From Tubulanus polymorphus (lineage: Eukaryota > Animalia > Nemertea), in contig NC_134027.1 in the NCBI RefSeq assembly GCF_964204645.1, positions 21,786,560 to 21,850,559 of the forward strand: a stretch of 64,000 bases of DNA. The letters are read 5' to 3'. Below are positions 11,706 to 25,528 of this stretch, in pieces (positions within the stretch are counted from its first letter, which is position 1; every line of letters begins with the position of its first letter). Both the position numbers and the translations under genes were made by a program. The notes under the pieces were generated by a model that made no database searches, was not told the DNA's origin, and saw only the letters and a list, made by a program, of their open reading frames with translations.

Positions 11706-12875
11706 ATGGACACAATTTCAGCTAAATTCCCCGATTGGGCGACGATTGATGAGTCGAAAGTATATATGGATGGTAAATATATATTCATAATTCGGTGAAG
11801 TAAACTATTATTCATACTTTAATTCAAGTTTAATGGGTTTTTTATGCACTAGACGAGTATGAAAACGATTAAATATCACCTTTTTAGATCCGGAATTTTA
11901 TCTCGATGGCAAAATGTACACAGTTTACAACATTCAGACCATACCCGGTAATTAGAAAATTCAGTTTGAACCATTCAACTACTGTTCTTTTTTATATGCG
12001 GCTATTCGAGTTACCTTTTCCATTGTAGGCATTCCGGAAGATTTTTGGGTATCAGCGCCTCGTAACACTGTTCTTTTAACTAATTACCCCACTTATCCGT
12101 CAGAACAAATGAAAATTATAGGAAGGTCAATTGGATGGGATACCGGGCGTGCCATGACCAGAATCTCCAACGAATCGAACTGGTGGAAAATAGAATTGAA
12201 TGAAAGCGAGCTCCCGACACCTTTGAAATTATCAGTATTTAACAAGGACGACATCGAAATCAAGTCGGAGCCTAAAGCAGTTCGCTTAATCAATTCACGA
12301 CCCGGTATTCATTTTCTACAGTGGGGATATGGGTCCGTACAGGTTTTACCGTACTATACGGAAGGTAAACATCTTTTATATGTTCGTTATGATAAAACAC
12401 TGGACCAGTTCCACAGTTGTGAGTTAGTGTTAACTCTGAGTTAAAATTAGTTCATTTTCAATTAGTTAACTCAGAGTCATACCGTAACACAGAACTGTGG
12501 AACTGGGTCCTGATTCTGTTCTACTCTTTATTGCAAAATCCTCATTCCGTTTTAGAAAAATCGGATGAGTTGAATTCGGAAGTTGATGTCGAAAAAGAAC
12601 TATACAAAGTAAAGGACTCACACAGCGAATCAGAAATAATTGTAGTTCCCGAAAAAGTAGTGAATGTCGAACCGAATGAGAAAGGCTCTACTGGATTCAA
12701 AGGTAAGCATCTAATAATAACGAACCACAGAGGCAGGCTTTTGTAGGCCTGTTAGTTTGTCTTTCGATGGTATCATCTAAAATTGTTTATTTTCTTTGCA
12801 GGGAAAGTTAGAAAAATCGCCAAATTCCTCAGAAGAAGTTTCCTAAGAGCGTTCGTTTGCGGCGGTGGCCGATGA
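11706..12875 (+). CDS. CBM20-like 5-exon gene, copy 2
   Basis: Same exon/intron structure as copy 1; ORF MDTISAKFPDW...FVCGGGR* intact. Confidence 0.8.
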
Positions 12876-15196
12876 ATTCTTTTTTGCTTTATTTCAAAAT
12901 ATATCGAGACGTTTCAGTTGTCGCGAGGAGGTCTGGTTACATGTTGGAGGGATTGCTAGAACTCGTTGACGACTCGCATCAGAAGATACTGAACCGGTAA
13001 TTAACCTAGCAAACCACCGAGTTTAGTAAGAGCCGAATTATTCTAAGAGGGAATTTGTAATGTGAGGGAAAAACTATTAGAGCTTAGAGATTTCAAGGTC
13101 AAAGTTTTTTATATCATCTACTTCTACGAAAAATTATTATTGGTAAAATTTCAATAATTATTGTTTTGATACTTGAAGAATTTTAGTTGAGAAATATTGA
13201 CGAAACGGCATCAGAGTTCTCAGGTGCAACACTCTATAATGTCGAGGTGTATCTCAGCTCCTAGTTCTGCTCTCCATTACAACATTCCCAAACATGTACA
13301 ACTCGTAAACCTCCGAGCTGGGTTTTTAATCGATGATGGTTTTCTTACTGTGAGAAGTAATCGGGTTCTATCAGTTCAATGAACCTCTGTTTCTAGTCCT
13401 CTGCAGCGGCGACTAAACGTCTCTCGTTCCAATGAACTGTGATTCGGGCCTATACCGCCAAATAAATTCATTTCTTCAAATATTTGTTTTATCCTATCTT
13501 ATCCCTAGTGACGCGATCAGTTTTGTCAGTTTTTTTTTGGTTCGAATCTCGAGGATACCAATCTGATATAAATAATCTGACAATGATATGATACTATTTG
13601 AATCAGCACACGCTGCTGCACACAAACAAGTAAAACAGCTGGAATCGTCTTGATGTTGATATTTGAGAGTTCATTACTGGGTATGGCTGTATTTCAATAT
13701 TCAAGTCAAATTCGTTATTCTAGTTGATGCAGATGTGCAACATTTTACTGTGGGCAGTTAGTTTATAAATACTTAACGAAATTCGGTAACGGGAAAATCT
13801 GAATAAGGAACAAGTAATGGTTCCTTGTTCCTTATTGGGAGATGAATTCTGAATAAGTAATAACCCTCTATGGAGGTCGTTAGATGTCGCCTGTCGGTTT
13901 GTTAGGAGGTAATCGATACCGGAGGATGCGCCGATACTAAGGGAGCATCTCAAAATGTCGATAGTTACTTCGATTAGAATAACTCGCGGAAGGGGGTGGG
14001 GGAGGGGTTTAGGCCTCCCGCGGATTCATCACGACTGCCGAACTATCGATTTATTGCGGTGCAATAAAGATTACATTGAAATGAATTGCAGTTTTTAATA
14101 TATATATTACAAGCAGTAGATTTAACCGTCTGTTGGTATTTTAGATACATTTGATTTTTTTAGGTAGGGTGACTACAACTAGGGAAGTTCCTTGCTAGAC
14201 ATATGCAAAATTCAGCTAAAAGAGATTGGATAAAACATCATTTATAGTGCTAAATATGCTGACACCATTTTCTACGGACATCGACAAAATGTGAGGAAAT
14301 GTGTTGTACCATAACTAAAAGGAAGACCATTCAAGTTCCAGTTGTGGATTTTCACTAGAATTTTTCCTTGGCCTAAAAATGTGTCATAGTTGGGAATCGG
14401 AGGGCTATGATTTCATCAGGCTCTTAGCTCGCAATGAATGCACTCGACGCTGGCATAATAGTACACACACATGACTTATTCTCTTGTAAGTCATTTATTA
14501 CCGAACAGCGGTTAGCGGTAAAATTAATGGATAGATATGGATTTACTGAACCTGACGGCAATCTGAATTAATGGTGGGGAATCATCTCATTATTTCAACA
14601 AATCGCTGAGGATTTCCTTTATATTAAATTTCAGACACAAAATCCTTCAATGAGTTGAGTTTGTGTTTGAAGCTCCGTGACCACTTTTCTCCATTTCGGT
14701 TTACGGTTTATGAGGCACTTGTGTATTTCACGCTCAGGAAAAGCACATTCCGGCCCGAAAACGTCGTTCAGCGCCAGAAAGACATTTTCTCGTCAGATTT
14801 TTTGCTGTATCTGAAAAATAACGATGTCAATATGCAAAAACACTCAAATCGTTAGAAAAAGCACATTCCGGCCCGAAAACGTCGTTCAGCGCGAGAAAAG
14901 ACGTTTTCATGTCAAATATTTGCTATATCGAAAAAAACGACATTTCCGAATTTCATTTCTTACAAAATATGTATTACTTTCTAAGAGCAAGACGATCTCA
15001 AGCCATGTTGAAGGCCTTAGGAAGTTTTTCCATGAAAACTAGGATTGCGAGCAATGATTGGACAGCCAGTTGCTATGATATCACAGAAAACGGTTACTAG
15101 GTAACTTCGTGTTTTTTGGTTGCTGGTCACTGGATTCGTCCAGATTACTTTCTGCGTGGAATTCAGCACTAGTTGCTACCTCTTAGCTTAGAGACG

Positions 15197-16369
15197 ATGG
15201 ACACAATTTCAGCTAAATTCCCCGATTGGGCGACGATTGATGAATCGAAAGTATTTATGGATGGTAAATATGTATTCATAATTCGGTGAAGCAAACTATT
15301 ATTCATACTTTGATTCAAGTTTGATGGGTTTTTCAATGCACTAGACTAGTATGAAAACGATTAAATATCACCTTTTTAGATCCTGAATTTTATCTCGATG
15401 GCAAAATGTACACAGTCTACAACATTCATACCATACCCGGTAATTAGAACATTCAGTTTTCAAACCATTCAACTACTGTTTTCTTTTATATGCGGCTATT
15501 CGAGTTACCTTTTCCATTGTAGGCATTCCCGAAGACTTTTGGGTATCAGCGCCTCGTAACACTGTTCTTTTAACTTATTACCCCACGTATCCGTCAGAAC
15601 AAATGAAAATTATCGGAAGGTCAATTGGATGGGATACCGGGCGTGCCATGACCAGAATCTCCAACGAATCGAACTGGTGGAAAATAGAATTGAATGAAAG
15701 CGAGCTCCCGACACCTTTGAAATTATCAGTATTTAACAAGGACGACATCGAAATCAACTCGGAGCCTAAAGCAGTTCGCTTAATCAATTCACGACCCGGT
15801 ATTCATTTTCTACAGTGGGGATATGGGTCCGTACAGGTTTTACCGTACTATACGGAAGGTAAACATCTTTTATTTGTTCGTTATGATAAAACACTGGACC
15901 AGTTCCACAGTTGTGAGTTAGTGTTAACTCTGAGTTAAAATTAGTTCATTTTCAATTAGTTAACTCAGAGTCATACCGTAACACAGAACTGTGGAACTGG
16001 GTCCTGATTCTGTTCTACTCTTTATTGCAAAATCCTCATTCCGTTTTAGAAAAATCGGATGAGTTGAATTCGGAAGTTGATGTCGAAAAAGAACTATACA
16101 AAGTAAAGGACTCACACAGCGAATCAGAAATAATTGTAGTTCCCGAAAAAGTAGTGAATGTCGAACCGAATGAGAAAGGCTCTACTGGATTCAAAGGTAA
16201 GCATCTAATAATAACGAACCACAGAGGCAGGCTTTTGTAGGCCTGTTAGTTTGTCTTTCGATGGTATCATCTAAAATTGTTTATTTTCTTTGCAGGGAAA
16301 GTTAGAAAAATCGCCAAATTCCTCAGAAGAAGTTTCCTAAGAGCGTTCGTTTGCGGCGGTGGCCGATGA
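15197..16369 (+). CDS. CBM20-like 5-exon gene, copy 3
   Basis: Same exon/intron structure; ORF intact. Confidence 0.8.
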
Positions 16370-17643
16370 ATTCTTTTTTGCTTTATTTCAAAATATATCG
16401 AGTAGTTTTAGTTGTCGCGAGGAGGTCTGGTTACATGTTGGAGGGATTGCTAGAACTCGTTGACGACTCGCATCAGAAGATACTGAACCGGTAATTAACC
16501 TAGCAAACCACCGAGTTTAGTAAGAGCCGAATTATTCTAAGAGGGAATTTGTAATGTGAGGGAAAAACTATTAGAGCTTAGAGATTTCAAGGTCAAAGTT
16601 TTTTATATCATCTACTTCTACGAAAAATTATTATTGGTAAAATTTCAATAATCATTGTTTTGATACTTGAAGAATTTTAATTGAGAAATATTGACGAAAC
16701 GACATCAGAGTTCTCAGGTGCATCACTCTATAATGTCGAGGTGTATCTCAGCTCCTAGTTCTGCTCTCCATTACAACATTCCCAAACGTGTACAACTCGT
16801 AAACCCCCGAGCTGGGTTTCTAATCGATGATGGTTTTCTTACTGTGAGAAGTAATCGGGTTCTATCAGTTCAATGAACCTCTGTTTCTAGTCCTCTGTAG
16901 CGGCGACTAAGCGTCTCTCGTTCCAATGAACTGTGATTCGGGCCTATACCGCCAAATAAATTCATTTCTTCAAATATTTGTTTTATCTTATCTTATCCCT
17001 AGTGACGCGATCATTTTGTCAGGTTTTTTTGGTTCAAAAATTCCAGGAATCGCCAGCAAATATCTGCATTTCATTTCCTTTAAAATGCTGTATAACTTAA
17101 GTTCATCGAGCAAGGGGCTGCAGAACTATATGATATTCAATCTAAACTTATGTTTTAAAATTGAGCGCAAATTATCGCAACAATGGGGACCTCGAGGGAC
17201 CGCCACAAAATGGCGCCTAGAAACTGGAAACTTCTTTATTTCGAGGATACTACCAATCTGATATAAATAATCTGACAATGATATGTTACTATTTGAATCA
17301 GCACACGCTGCTGCACACAAACAAGTAAAACAGCTGGAATCGTCTTGATGTTGATATTTGAGAGTTCATTACTGGGTATGGCTGTATTTCAATATTCAAG
17401 TCAAATTCGTTATTCTAGTTGATGCAGATGTGCAACATTTTACTGTGGGCAGTTAGTTTATAAATACTTAACGAAATTCGGTAACGGGAAAATCTGAATA
17501 AGGAACAAGTAATGGTTCCTTGTTCCTTATTGGGAGATGAATTCTGAATAAGTAACAACCCTCTGGTGAGATCGCTAGAGGTCGCCTGTCGGTTTTTTAG
17601 GAGGTAATCGATACCGGAGGATGCGCCTATACTGAGATCATAA

Positions 17644-18080
17644 GGGAGCATCTCAAAATTTCGATAGTTACTTCAATTAGAATAACTCGCGGAAGGGGGT
17701 GGGGAGGGGTTTAGGCCTCCCGCGGATTCATAACAACTGCCGAACTATCGATTTATTGCGGTGCAATAAAGATTACATTGAAATGAATTGCAGTTCCAAA
17801 TATATACATATTACAAACAGTAGATTTAACCGTCTGTTGGTATTATAGATGCATTTGATTTTGTTTACTAAGGTTTTCCACTTGTAATTTTGCTAATTTA
17901 TTTTTCAATTGAAAGTTGTTATCGAAATACATTCGTGAGAATGTCTTATCTTATTCTGTGGTCTCTCATGAGAAAATCAATAGTTCCAACTTTGGCATGT
18001 GTCTAATCAAAGGGGGGGGGTTAAAACAAATTAGGCAGTTATTATAATTGACGGAACTATTGAAATTTTGAGATGCTCCC
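17644..18080. mobile_element. PIF/Harbinger-type MITE
   Basis: TIR gggagcatctcaaaatttc / gaaattttgagatgctccc with TAA TSD on both sides; left part duplicated at 13941-14160. Confidence 0.8.
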
Positions 18081-20060
18081 TAACGCCGATTCGATTTATG
18101 GTGTTCAAGTGATAATAGAGACAAAAAACATTAAAAAATTGAACCGGTAACGAGAGTTGAACCGATAACGAGAAAATCTGAATAAGGTACAAGTAATGGT
18201 TCCTTGTTCCTCATTGGGAGATGAATTCTCAATAAGTAACGGAATAAGAAATAAGTGATTAACTTCACTGGGGTGTTTTACCTATGATCTGAATTGGTGT
18301 CGCTTAAAGAGCCACGATCCATGCCCATAACGAAATGGAGCGTTTCATTTTGAAATCGGAAATCGGTGCATACAGGTATAAATCGACGTTGGGTCGAATC
18401 CGTGCGAGTATATGTTTTCAGCTATTCTAAATATTTTTCATAACGTTCAACTACCCGTTTAGAAATATGATTACGAATCATTTTCGTATAATACTAAATA
18501 TACTATAGTAGCAATCAGTTCCCTGGCGAACGCTCAATGTGTGGAGAATTTCGTCCCTAATCGTCCGCTACTTAAACGGCAGTTAGACAAATTACACATC
18601 CGGAATATTATGTACGCGTTTTCTATAGAACGGTTAATGTCATGTTTGTTTATTTTCATGTTCATTTACGGAGTATTAAACATTGATCGAAGTTCATCTA
18701 CATGTATTATGACATTTATGTACCGTATTGTAATGTATTTCATTTGCATTCATTCGATTCTAACTGAAAAGAAGAAAAAACTAAACCTGGAGACCGAGTA
18801 ACTGCTAGCCAACCTGGTGGATCCTAGCTTGGAATAAGTGGCATCCTCTAGCGTTATAGGTTCCCCTATATTTCTTCTGATATTAATTGCCTTCAGACGA
18901 TTTCGTAAAGAAATAGCGTTCGAAAAATTCACCTCGCTATGATATATATGTATATATTCACTTAAACATCACCTCTGGCAATCGAGTTCGACCTCAATTC
19001 TCGCTAGAAAATTGCTATATTCGTATTAGCATTTAGCGATGATTATCATTTAGACCGGAGGCATCATTAGATCTGCACCCATCTCGTCGTGACGCTCTGA
19101 CTGGTGGTGAAAATCGCATTAGGAACCGCAAACTCTAAGAGCAGAAATATGGATAATAAGATATTGGTAAGTTACCGAAACAAAAAGCCACGGCACTTCA
19201 AGGTCCTTGTTTGGCCTTGACATTCTCGTTCAGTACTTTTAACAACGACCAACTGCCATAAAGGGAAATATATTCAGATTTTTCTCAATCATTTTGATAA
19301 GTGTTGTGAAATGTTGTTAAGTTGTGAGGTTTTGAATAATTCTGTGAAATGGGCTCTCTGGTTTGTCTACAGATCTTTGACGTCGCAAAAAACCATTACA
19401 ATAATGTCTATATGCATATATGTTACGAATGAAAAGAAATACTTGGATGAATGTAAAATCAGGTATAACACAAATTGTGTAATCGTAATTTTGTAGATAA
19501 TCTTGTTGGCTTGGTTCGTCGGGAGTATAATGGCGATCCCTTCGAAAAGATACAATGGTAAAATATAAAAAAATATATTTTCATTTTTCCCCTATATTCG
19601 ATTGTTATGTTTGGAGTGTAAATAAATCCCTTCTATTCCCGATTAGAATGAAATATTTTGCCGCTTTTATTTCTTTCGTTAGATCCAAATTGAAATCCAG
19701 CACCGGCATGCAGTTTTGTTTAGAGTGAAAGCACGCTATTACAGATGATGATGGCGTCATCAATAGTATTATATTACATTATGTACATGTATTTTGTATT
19801 TGTAAAGATTACTCTATTTATTTCAATTACGTAGGATTAAACTGTTTGAGTCATTATATCATCTACTAAATGCTTTAGTACGTTTCCAAAATCAAAACAA
19901 AAATGTCGAACACAATCAATGAATTCAAATGACGGAACGAAAAAATATCACTAGACACTTTAAGTGTACCACGTATCTACGCGATCGAAGATATGATAAT
20001 CAAAGAGCGCGGAGTCCTTTTTGCTCGGTTCCTAATCAGAATGATTCTGTCCTCTATTAG

Positions 20061-23000
20061 GCGTATTGGATACCGATTTCGAGACGGATAACGGAATATG
20101 GAAATCGCAAAGAAAATTCAAATGGACGAGACAATCGGGCAGTACACCTACTTCTGGCACCGGTCCAAGTGGAGACCATACGACTGGAAATGGTATGAAC
20201 AGTTTTTTTTATCTTAAATAGGGATTGTCCCTGTTATTTATTCGGTGTCTCTAACAAACCCATCACACCTGCTGGAAGCGAAAAAGGGGGTTAGATTTTT
20301 AAATCGGAAATCGAAGTACAGATATAGTACAGATATAGTTGTGTGATCGGCGGTCGAGTTTATAGAATTTTTTGTCTAAATCGAAGTATATAATTGGGAA
20401 ATTCGGTTCAATATTTACTCTCATTTTAGGAACGTATGTGTATATGGAATCTTCTCCCCCGGCAAGACGAGGCAATCGTGCCAGGTTTGAAGCTAACATC
20501 CAATCAGCGTCTGACGCCTGCGTCATGAACTTTTACTATCACATGTACGGTTCAACGATGGGAAGATTACAAGTTAAACTCAACGGAGACGTTTTATTTT
20601 CGAAATCTGGTAATCAGGGAAATCAATGGAAACTAGGATCAGTTCCAATCGCAAAAGGAAACGCCGCGGTGCGTACTCTGTACACAGCTAAGTTTTCTTT
20701 AGATTCGTTGATATATTTAACCAACAATCTAGTAAATCTATTTTCTGTCTGTTTTTTTTTTCAGATCGAGTTTGTCGCTATCCGGGGAAGCTATCGTATG
20801 TCCGACATAGCTATTGATGACGTCACTTTTACTACAGGATGCTCAACAGTGACACCAGGTTTTTTTCTTAGTTTGAAGTTGCGACACAAGTGGTGGTCGC
20901 AATAAACAGTAGAAATTAGTGGATGGAATCACTTGTATCTATAGCAGGTCCAAACGTATGATATTGTAAAAAAAGTAGGCCTAGTCCATTTTAACTATGA
21001 TTCATTTTCTATTACGTAGCACAATTGACTACCGATTTTGAGACGGATATCGGAATGTGGAACTCGCGTGGAACATTAGAATGGACAAGACAATCAGGCA
21101 ATATATCATCTTCAACAGGCACCGGTCCAAGTGGAGATCATACGACTGGAAATGGTACGAATAGTTTCTAACTCGCGCAACATCATCAATACACCACGTA
21201 CCTTCCTCGTAAATATGATGTTTTCTCCATAATCGAAACATTCTTAAATTCTAGAAACACATTGCTAGTTAACGCAATTGAAAGCTTTCTTTTTGACCAA
21301 TGGTTACTAAAATTCTTCTAAAATATCTTTGCTATAGTTTCTAGTTTAATCATATGACCTTTCTCTTGGATTCGAAGTCCCGTATTGTCCAGTCTGGGTG
21401 TATTATGTCTGCTAGACAGTTAATTAATCTGTTAGCGAGAACTTGTGTGAATATTTTGTAATCTCTACATAATAATGTCGGTCTCCAATTTTTCAATTCT
21501 GTTTTGTCATTTTTCTTATTATGCCGGTTTGTATTGATTAAGTAAGTCTATTTGTATAAGTAAGTCTACTTGTATACACGTATCTAGTCATTTTGGAGAG
21601 TATACCAAAATATTCTATGAAATTCAATTCAGGTAGTCCGTCTATATCTGGGGATTTATTGCATTGAATAGACTCTACTGAAATTGTTGATTCGTCGATA
21701 TCTATTTCAGACTCATGCTGTAGTTTCTTTGATCAGAGATTTGAGGTAAATTAGTCAGGAATAGATTTTGGGTTTCTAAATTAGTTTCTTCTTTAAGGTC
21801 TTTATAGAATATAAGCTGAATTTATTCAATATATCTTGTTGACCAGTTTTAATTCCATCGATTTGAGAGTACTGGTGTGATTCGCTTTAGCGCGTTATTT
21901 TTTATAATTTGTTATGCGTGCGTTATTCACACATTCTAGACCGAAAATTTCGACAGAAATTTCTAAAATCCCAAAATTTACATCCACCACCACCACCCCA
22001 GCAACATTCATTATAAGCCGTTTACGTATTGAATGTGTTACCCTAACAGATAAGATATCGACTACCGGCATGTATTCCCCCTATGACATCATATTTCATT
22101 TGAGAATGGTTATACTTACGAGATTGAAAGTTGAATGCAACAGGTAATCGTACAATAAAATGGTATCACGGCGATCGGTGTTCTATATTTACTCTCATTT
22201 TAGGAACGTACGTCCACGTGGAAACTTCCGGAAAACATGTGGACGATCAGGCCAAGTTTGAAGCAAATACCCTATCGATGTCTGACTCCTGCGTCATGAA
22301 CTTCTATTATCACATGCATGGTTCAACGACAGGGAAATTAGAAGTGAAACTCAACGGAAACGTTTTATTTTCGCAATATGGTGATCAGGGAAATCAATGG
22401 AAACACGGATCAGTTAAGATTGTAAAAGGAAACGCCGCGGTATGTACCCTGTACACAGCTAAGCATTGTATTTAAATATTTTCAGCGACGATGTGAGAAA
22501 TGTATTTTGAAAGGGTTTTTATTCAGATCCAATTTGTCGCTACTCTGGGAAGCGGCGATAAGTCCAACATAGCTGTTGATGACGTCAGATTTACTAAGGA
22601 ATGCACTGCGACACCAGGTTTGTTAGTTTTAAGTTGCGAGACAAGTATACCTTATCACAATAAAAAAGTTAAAAAGTGTTAGATTCCATGTTTGAAAACG
22701 GATTCCTTTATCAAAAGAGTTCCATGATAATAATCAAGGCGTAGTCCTCGTTCATTTAATCTAGAATACATTTTCTATTACGTAGAACAATTGACTACCG
22801 ATTTTGAGACAGATTTCGGAAAGTGGAACTCTCAGGGAACGTTACAATGGACCAGACGATCAGGCAGTACAACATCTTCAAACACCGGTCCACGTGGAGA
22901 TCATACGACTGGAAGTGGTACCAACAGTTTATAACTCCTATCGTCCTAACTTCCATTGAAATTTGTGCATATAGGAAGTTAATGAGATTGATGGAAATAG

Positions 23001-25528
23001 TGGAAAATAGGTGGTCCAATTAAATGGTACAATGTATTTCGCAACGAACAGTGTTCAATATTTTCTCTCATTTCAGGAACCTATGTATATCTGGACACCT
23101 CCGGGAAAAATCCAGGTGATCGAGCCATTTTTGCAGCAAGTACACAATCAGCGTCTGACGCCTGCACCATGAAATTTTATTATCACATGTACGGTTCAAC
23201 GATAGGAACATTAGAAGTATATCTCAACGGAAAAATTGCATTTTCGAAATCTGGTAATCGGAGAAATCGATGGAAAATGGGATCAGTTTATATTGCAAAA
23301 GGAAACGCCGTAGTACGTACTCAGGGGCAGCTCGGAATTTTATTCAAACTTCTAACAACAATCTAAAAAAATATTTTTTTCTAGATCCAGTTTGTCGCTA
23401 CCCGGGGAAGCGCGAGGAAATCCGACATAGCTGTTGATGACGTAACTTTTACAACGGGATGCACTACGACGATAAAAGCGACACCAGGTTTGTTAGTTTT
23501 AAGTGACGACACGAAGTAGGCCGATCATCGATTGCAATAGAATAGCGAAAATAGTGGTTAGAATCTAATTCGAGTAAAAACGGACTCTTTTATCTAACGT
23601 ATCCAAAGATATGATAATCAAAGTGTAAGCCTAGTCCACCATTTTGTTTGTAATTTATTTTTCTATTGCGTAGAACAATTGGCTACCGACTTCGAGACGG
23701 ACAACGGAATGTGGTTCTCGCCGGGAAAATTGCAATGGAAGAGACTATCAGGCAATACACCAACTTCATACACCGGTCCAAGTGGAGATCATACGACTGG
23801 AAATGGTACGAACAGTTTTTACTTCATCGTCCATCGCCATTGATAAGGCAATCTGTGTTGTGACGATGATATAACGAGAATCCCACAATAACGACAAAAA
23901 AAATTAGGTCCAAAAATATTTCCTTGAGCTGGTAGTTTATTCGACGTTTCGACTATATGTACTAATAGTCACCTTCAGGAAAACTGAAACTACCAGCTCG
24001 AGGAAACATTCCCGGACTTAATTTCCCCGTCTTAATTGTGGGATTCTCGTTATATCGCCATCGTCCATATTACAAACCTCCTGGGAAAAAAAAAATAAAA
24101 AAAATAAAGTTGAAAATAGGTGGTCATACAATTGAATAGCATCGCGACGAGCGGTGTTGCTTGAATATTTGCTCGCATTTCAGGAAAGTATTTGTACGTG
24201 GATGCTTCCGGAAAAAATCCAGGCGATCAATCCAGGTTTGAAGCGAATACCCGATCTGCGTCAGACTACTGCATCATGAACTTTTATTATCACATGGAAG
24301 GTTTTTCGATGGGAAAATTAGAAGTTAAAATCAACGGAATCGTTTTATTTTCGAAATCTGGTAATCAGAGAGATCAATGGAAACAGGGATCCGTTAATAT
24401 TGCGAAAGGGAACGCAACAGTATGTGCTCAGTACACAACTTTTTAATTGTGTCATACCTTAACGTTAACCAACAATCTAAGAAATGTATTTTGTCTGGTT
24501 ATTTCAGATCCAGTTTGTCGCTACCCGTGGACGTGGTTATAGATCTGACATAGCTATTGATGACGTCACTTTTTCTACGGGATGCACCTCTCCAAACTTT
24601 GTCCCTGGGGCTGTATTTATCCCAGTCACTGGATCCATAGTTGCACCAGGTTTGTTTATTTATGTAACAAAAGCTGATTGGAAAAATAGGAACGGACTCC
24701 TTCATCAAGCGGGTTTCATGATGGGGTAGGATAGAATAGAGTAGGCCTAGATTAGGTGAAAGAGTAGGTCTAGTTCATTTTAAATCATCTGAAATTCATC
24801 TTCTATTGCATAGAACAATTGGCTACCGATTTCGAGACGAATAATGGAAAGTGGAACTCACAGGGAACGATACAATGGAGGAGACAATCAGGCAGTGCAC
24901 TGCCTCCAAATACCGGACCAAGTAGAGATCATACGACTGGAAATGGTAGGAACAATTTCTAATTCATACATTATCATCATCGTCGATTATCTCCCTTAAT
25001 CTATGAAAATATGAAGTTAACGAGATTGTTAAGAGAAAAACCACCGGTAGCAGCGGTTGATATTTCTATTATTTCAGGAAATTATTTGTACATGGTATCT
25101 ACCTGGGAAAAAACAGGTGATCAAGCCAGATTAGAAGCAAATACCCGATCAGCGTCGGACTCCTGCGACATGAACTTCTATTATCACATGTATGGCCTTA
25201 TGATGGGTAAATTAGAAGTTAAACTCAACGAAAAAGTTGCATTTTCGCAATCTGGTGATAAGGGAGATCAATGGAGAATGGGATCGGTCAAAATTGGACA
25301 AGGTAATGTCGCGGTAAGTACTCAGTGCACAGCTATAATTTTCTGAAATTGTTTTTCTTAAACGTACGATCTGAAAAAAATCTTTTTTTTGTCTGTTTTT
25401 ATTTTCAGATCCAGTTCGTCGCTACCCGGGGAAGGTCTCCTATGTCTGATATAGCTATTGATGACATCACTTTTTCTCCGGGGTGCACCACGACAATTCC
25501 AGTAACCTCCCCAAACGCAGGCACTTGA
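20061..25528 (+). CDS. Multi-MAM-domain protein (five 3-exon MAM modules); 5' exon(s) not identified
   Basis: Five repeats of exon A (TDFET..G.W...WTR.SG.T...TGP.GDHTTG), exon B (G.Y.Y.....C.MNFYYHMYG..G.L.V...SGNQG.QW) and exon C (I.FVA.RG...SDIAIDDV.F..GC). Splice phases are consistent; TGA at 25526-25528. Confidence 0.9.
21250..21905 (-). mobile_element. Decayed L1/Tx1 LINE reverse-transcriptase fragment in a MAM intron
   Basis: Minus-strand translation KNDKTELKNWRP-TLLCRDYKIFTQVLANRLINCLADIIHPD with upstream PDIDGLP; frameshifted. Confidence 0.75.
23835..24058 (-). mobile_element. Second PLE-type inverted-repeat insertion with degenerate hammerhead
   Basis: Direct repeat catcgtccat (23825-23834, 24059-24068); inverted arms ~23862-23938 and ~23987-24065. 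The minus-strand loop reads tc-CTGAAGG-t-gactat/atagtc-GAAA-CGTC-ga. Confidence 0.7.

Larger units (their letters stand above)
4745..17865 (+). repeat. Segmental triplication (units ~4745-7810, ~11461-14160, ~14161-17865)
   Basis: Highly similar multi-kb blocks. The unit 2/3 junction at ~14161 joins a truncated MITE to sequence matching 4745 (aggtagggtgacta). Confidence 0.9.

Noticed and set aside
19149-19172. MDNKIL|gtaagt as first exon of the MAM gene
   Set aside because: Phase-0 donor is incompatible with the phase-1 acceptor at 20061 and it encodes no signal peptide; it would need an unseen exon.
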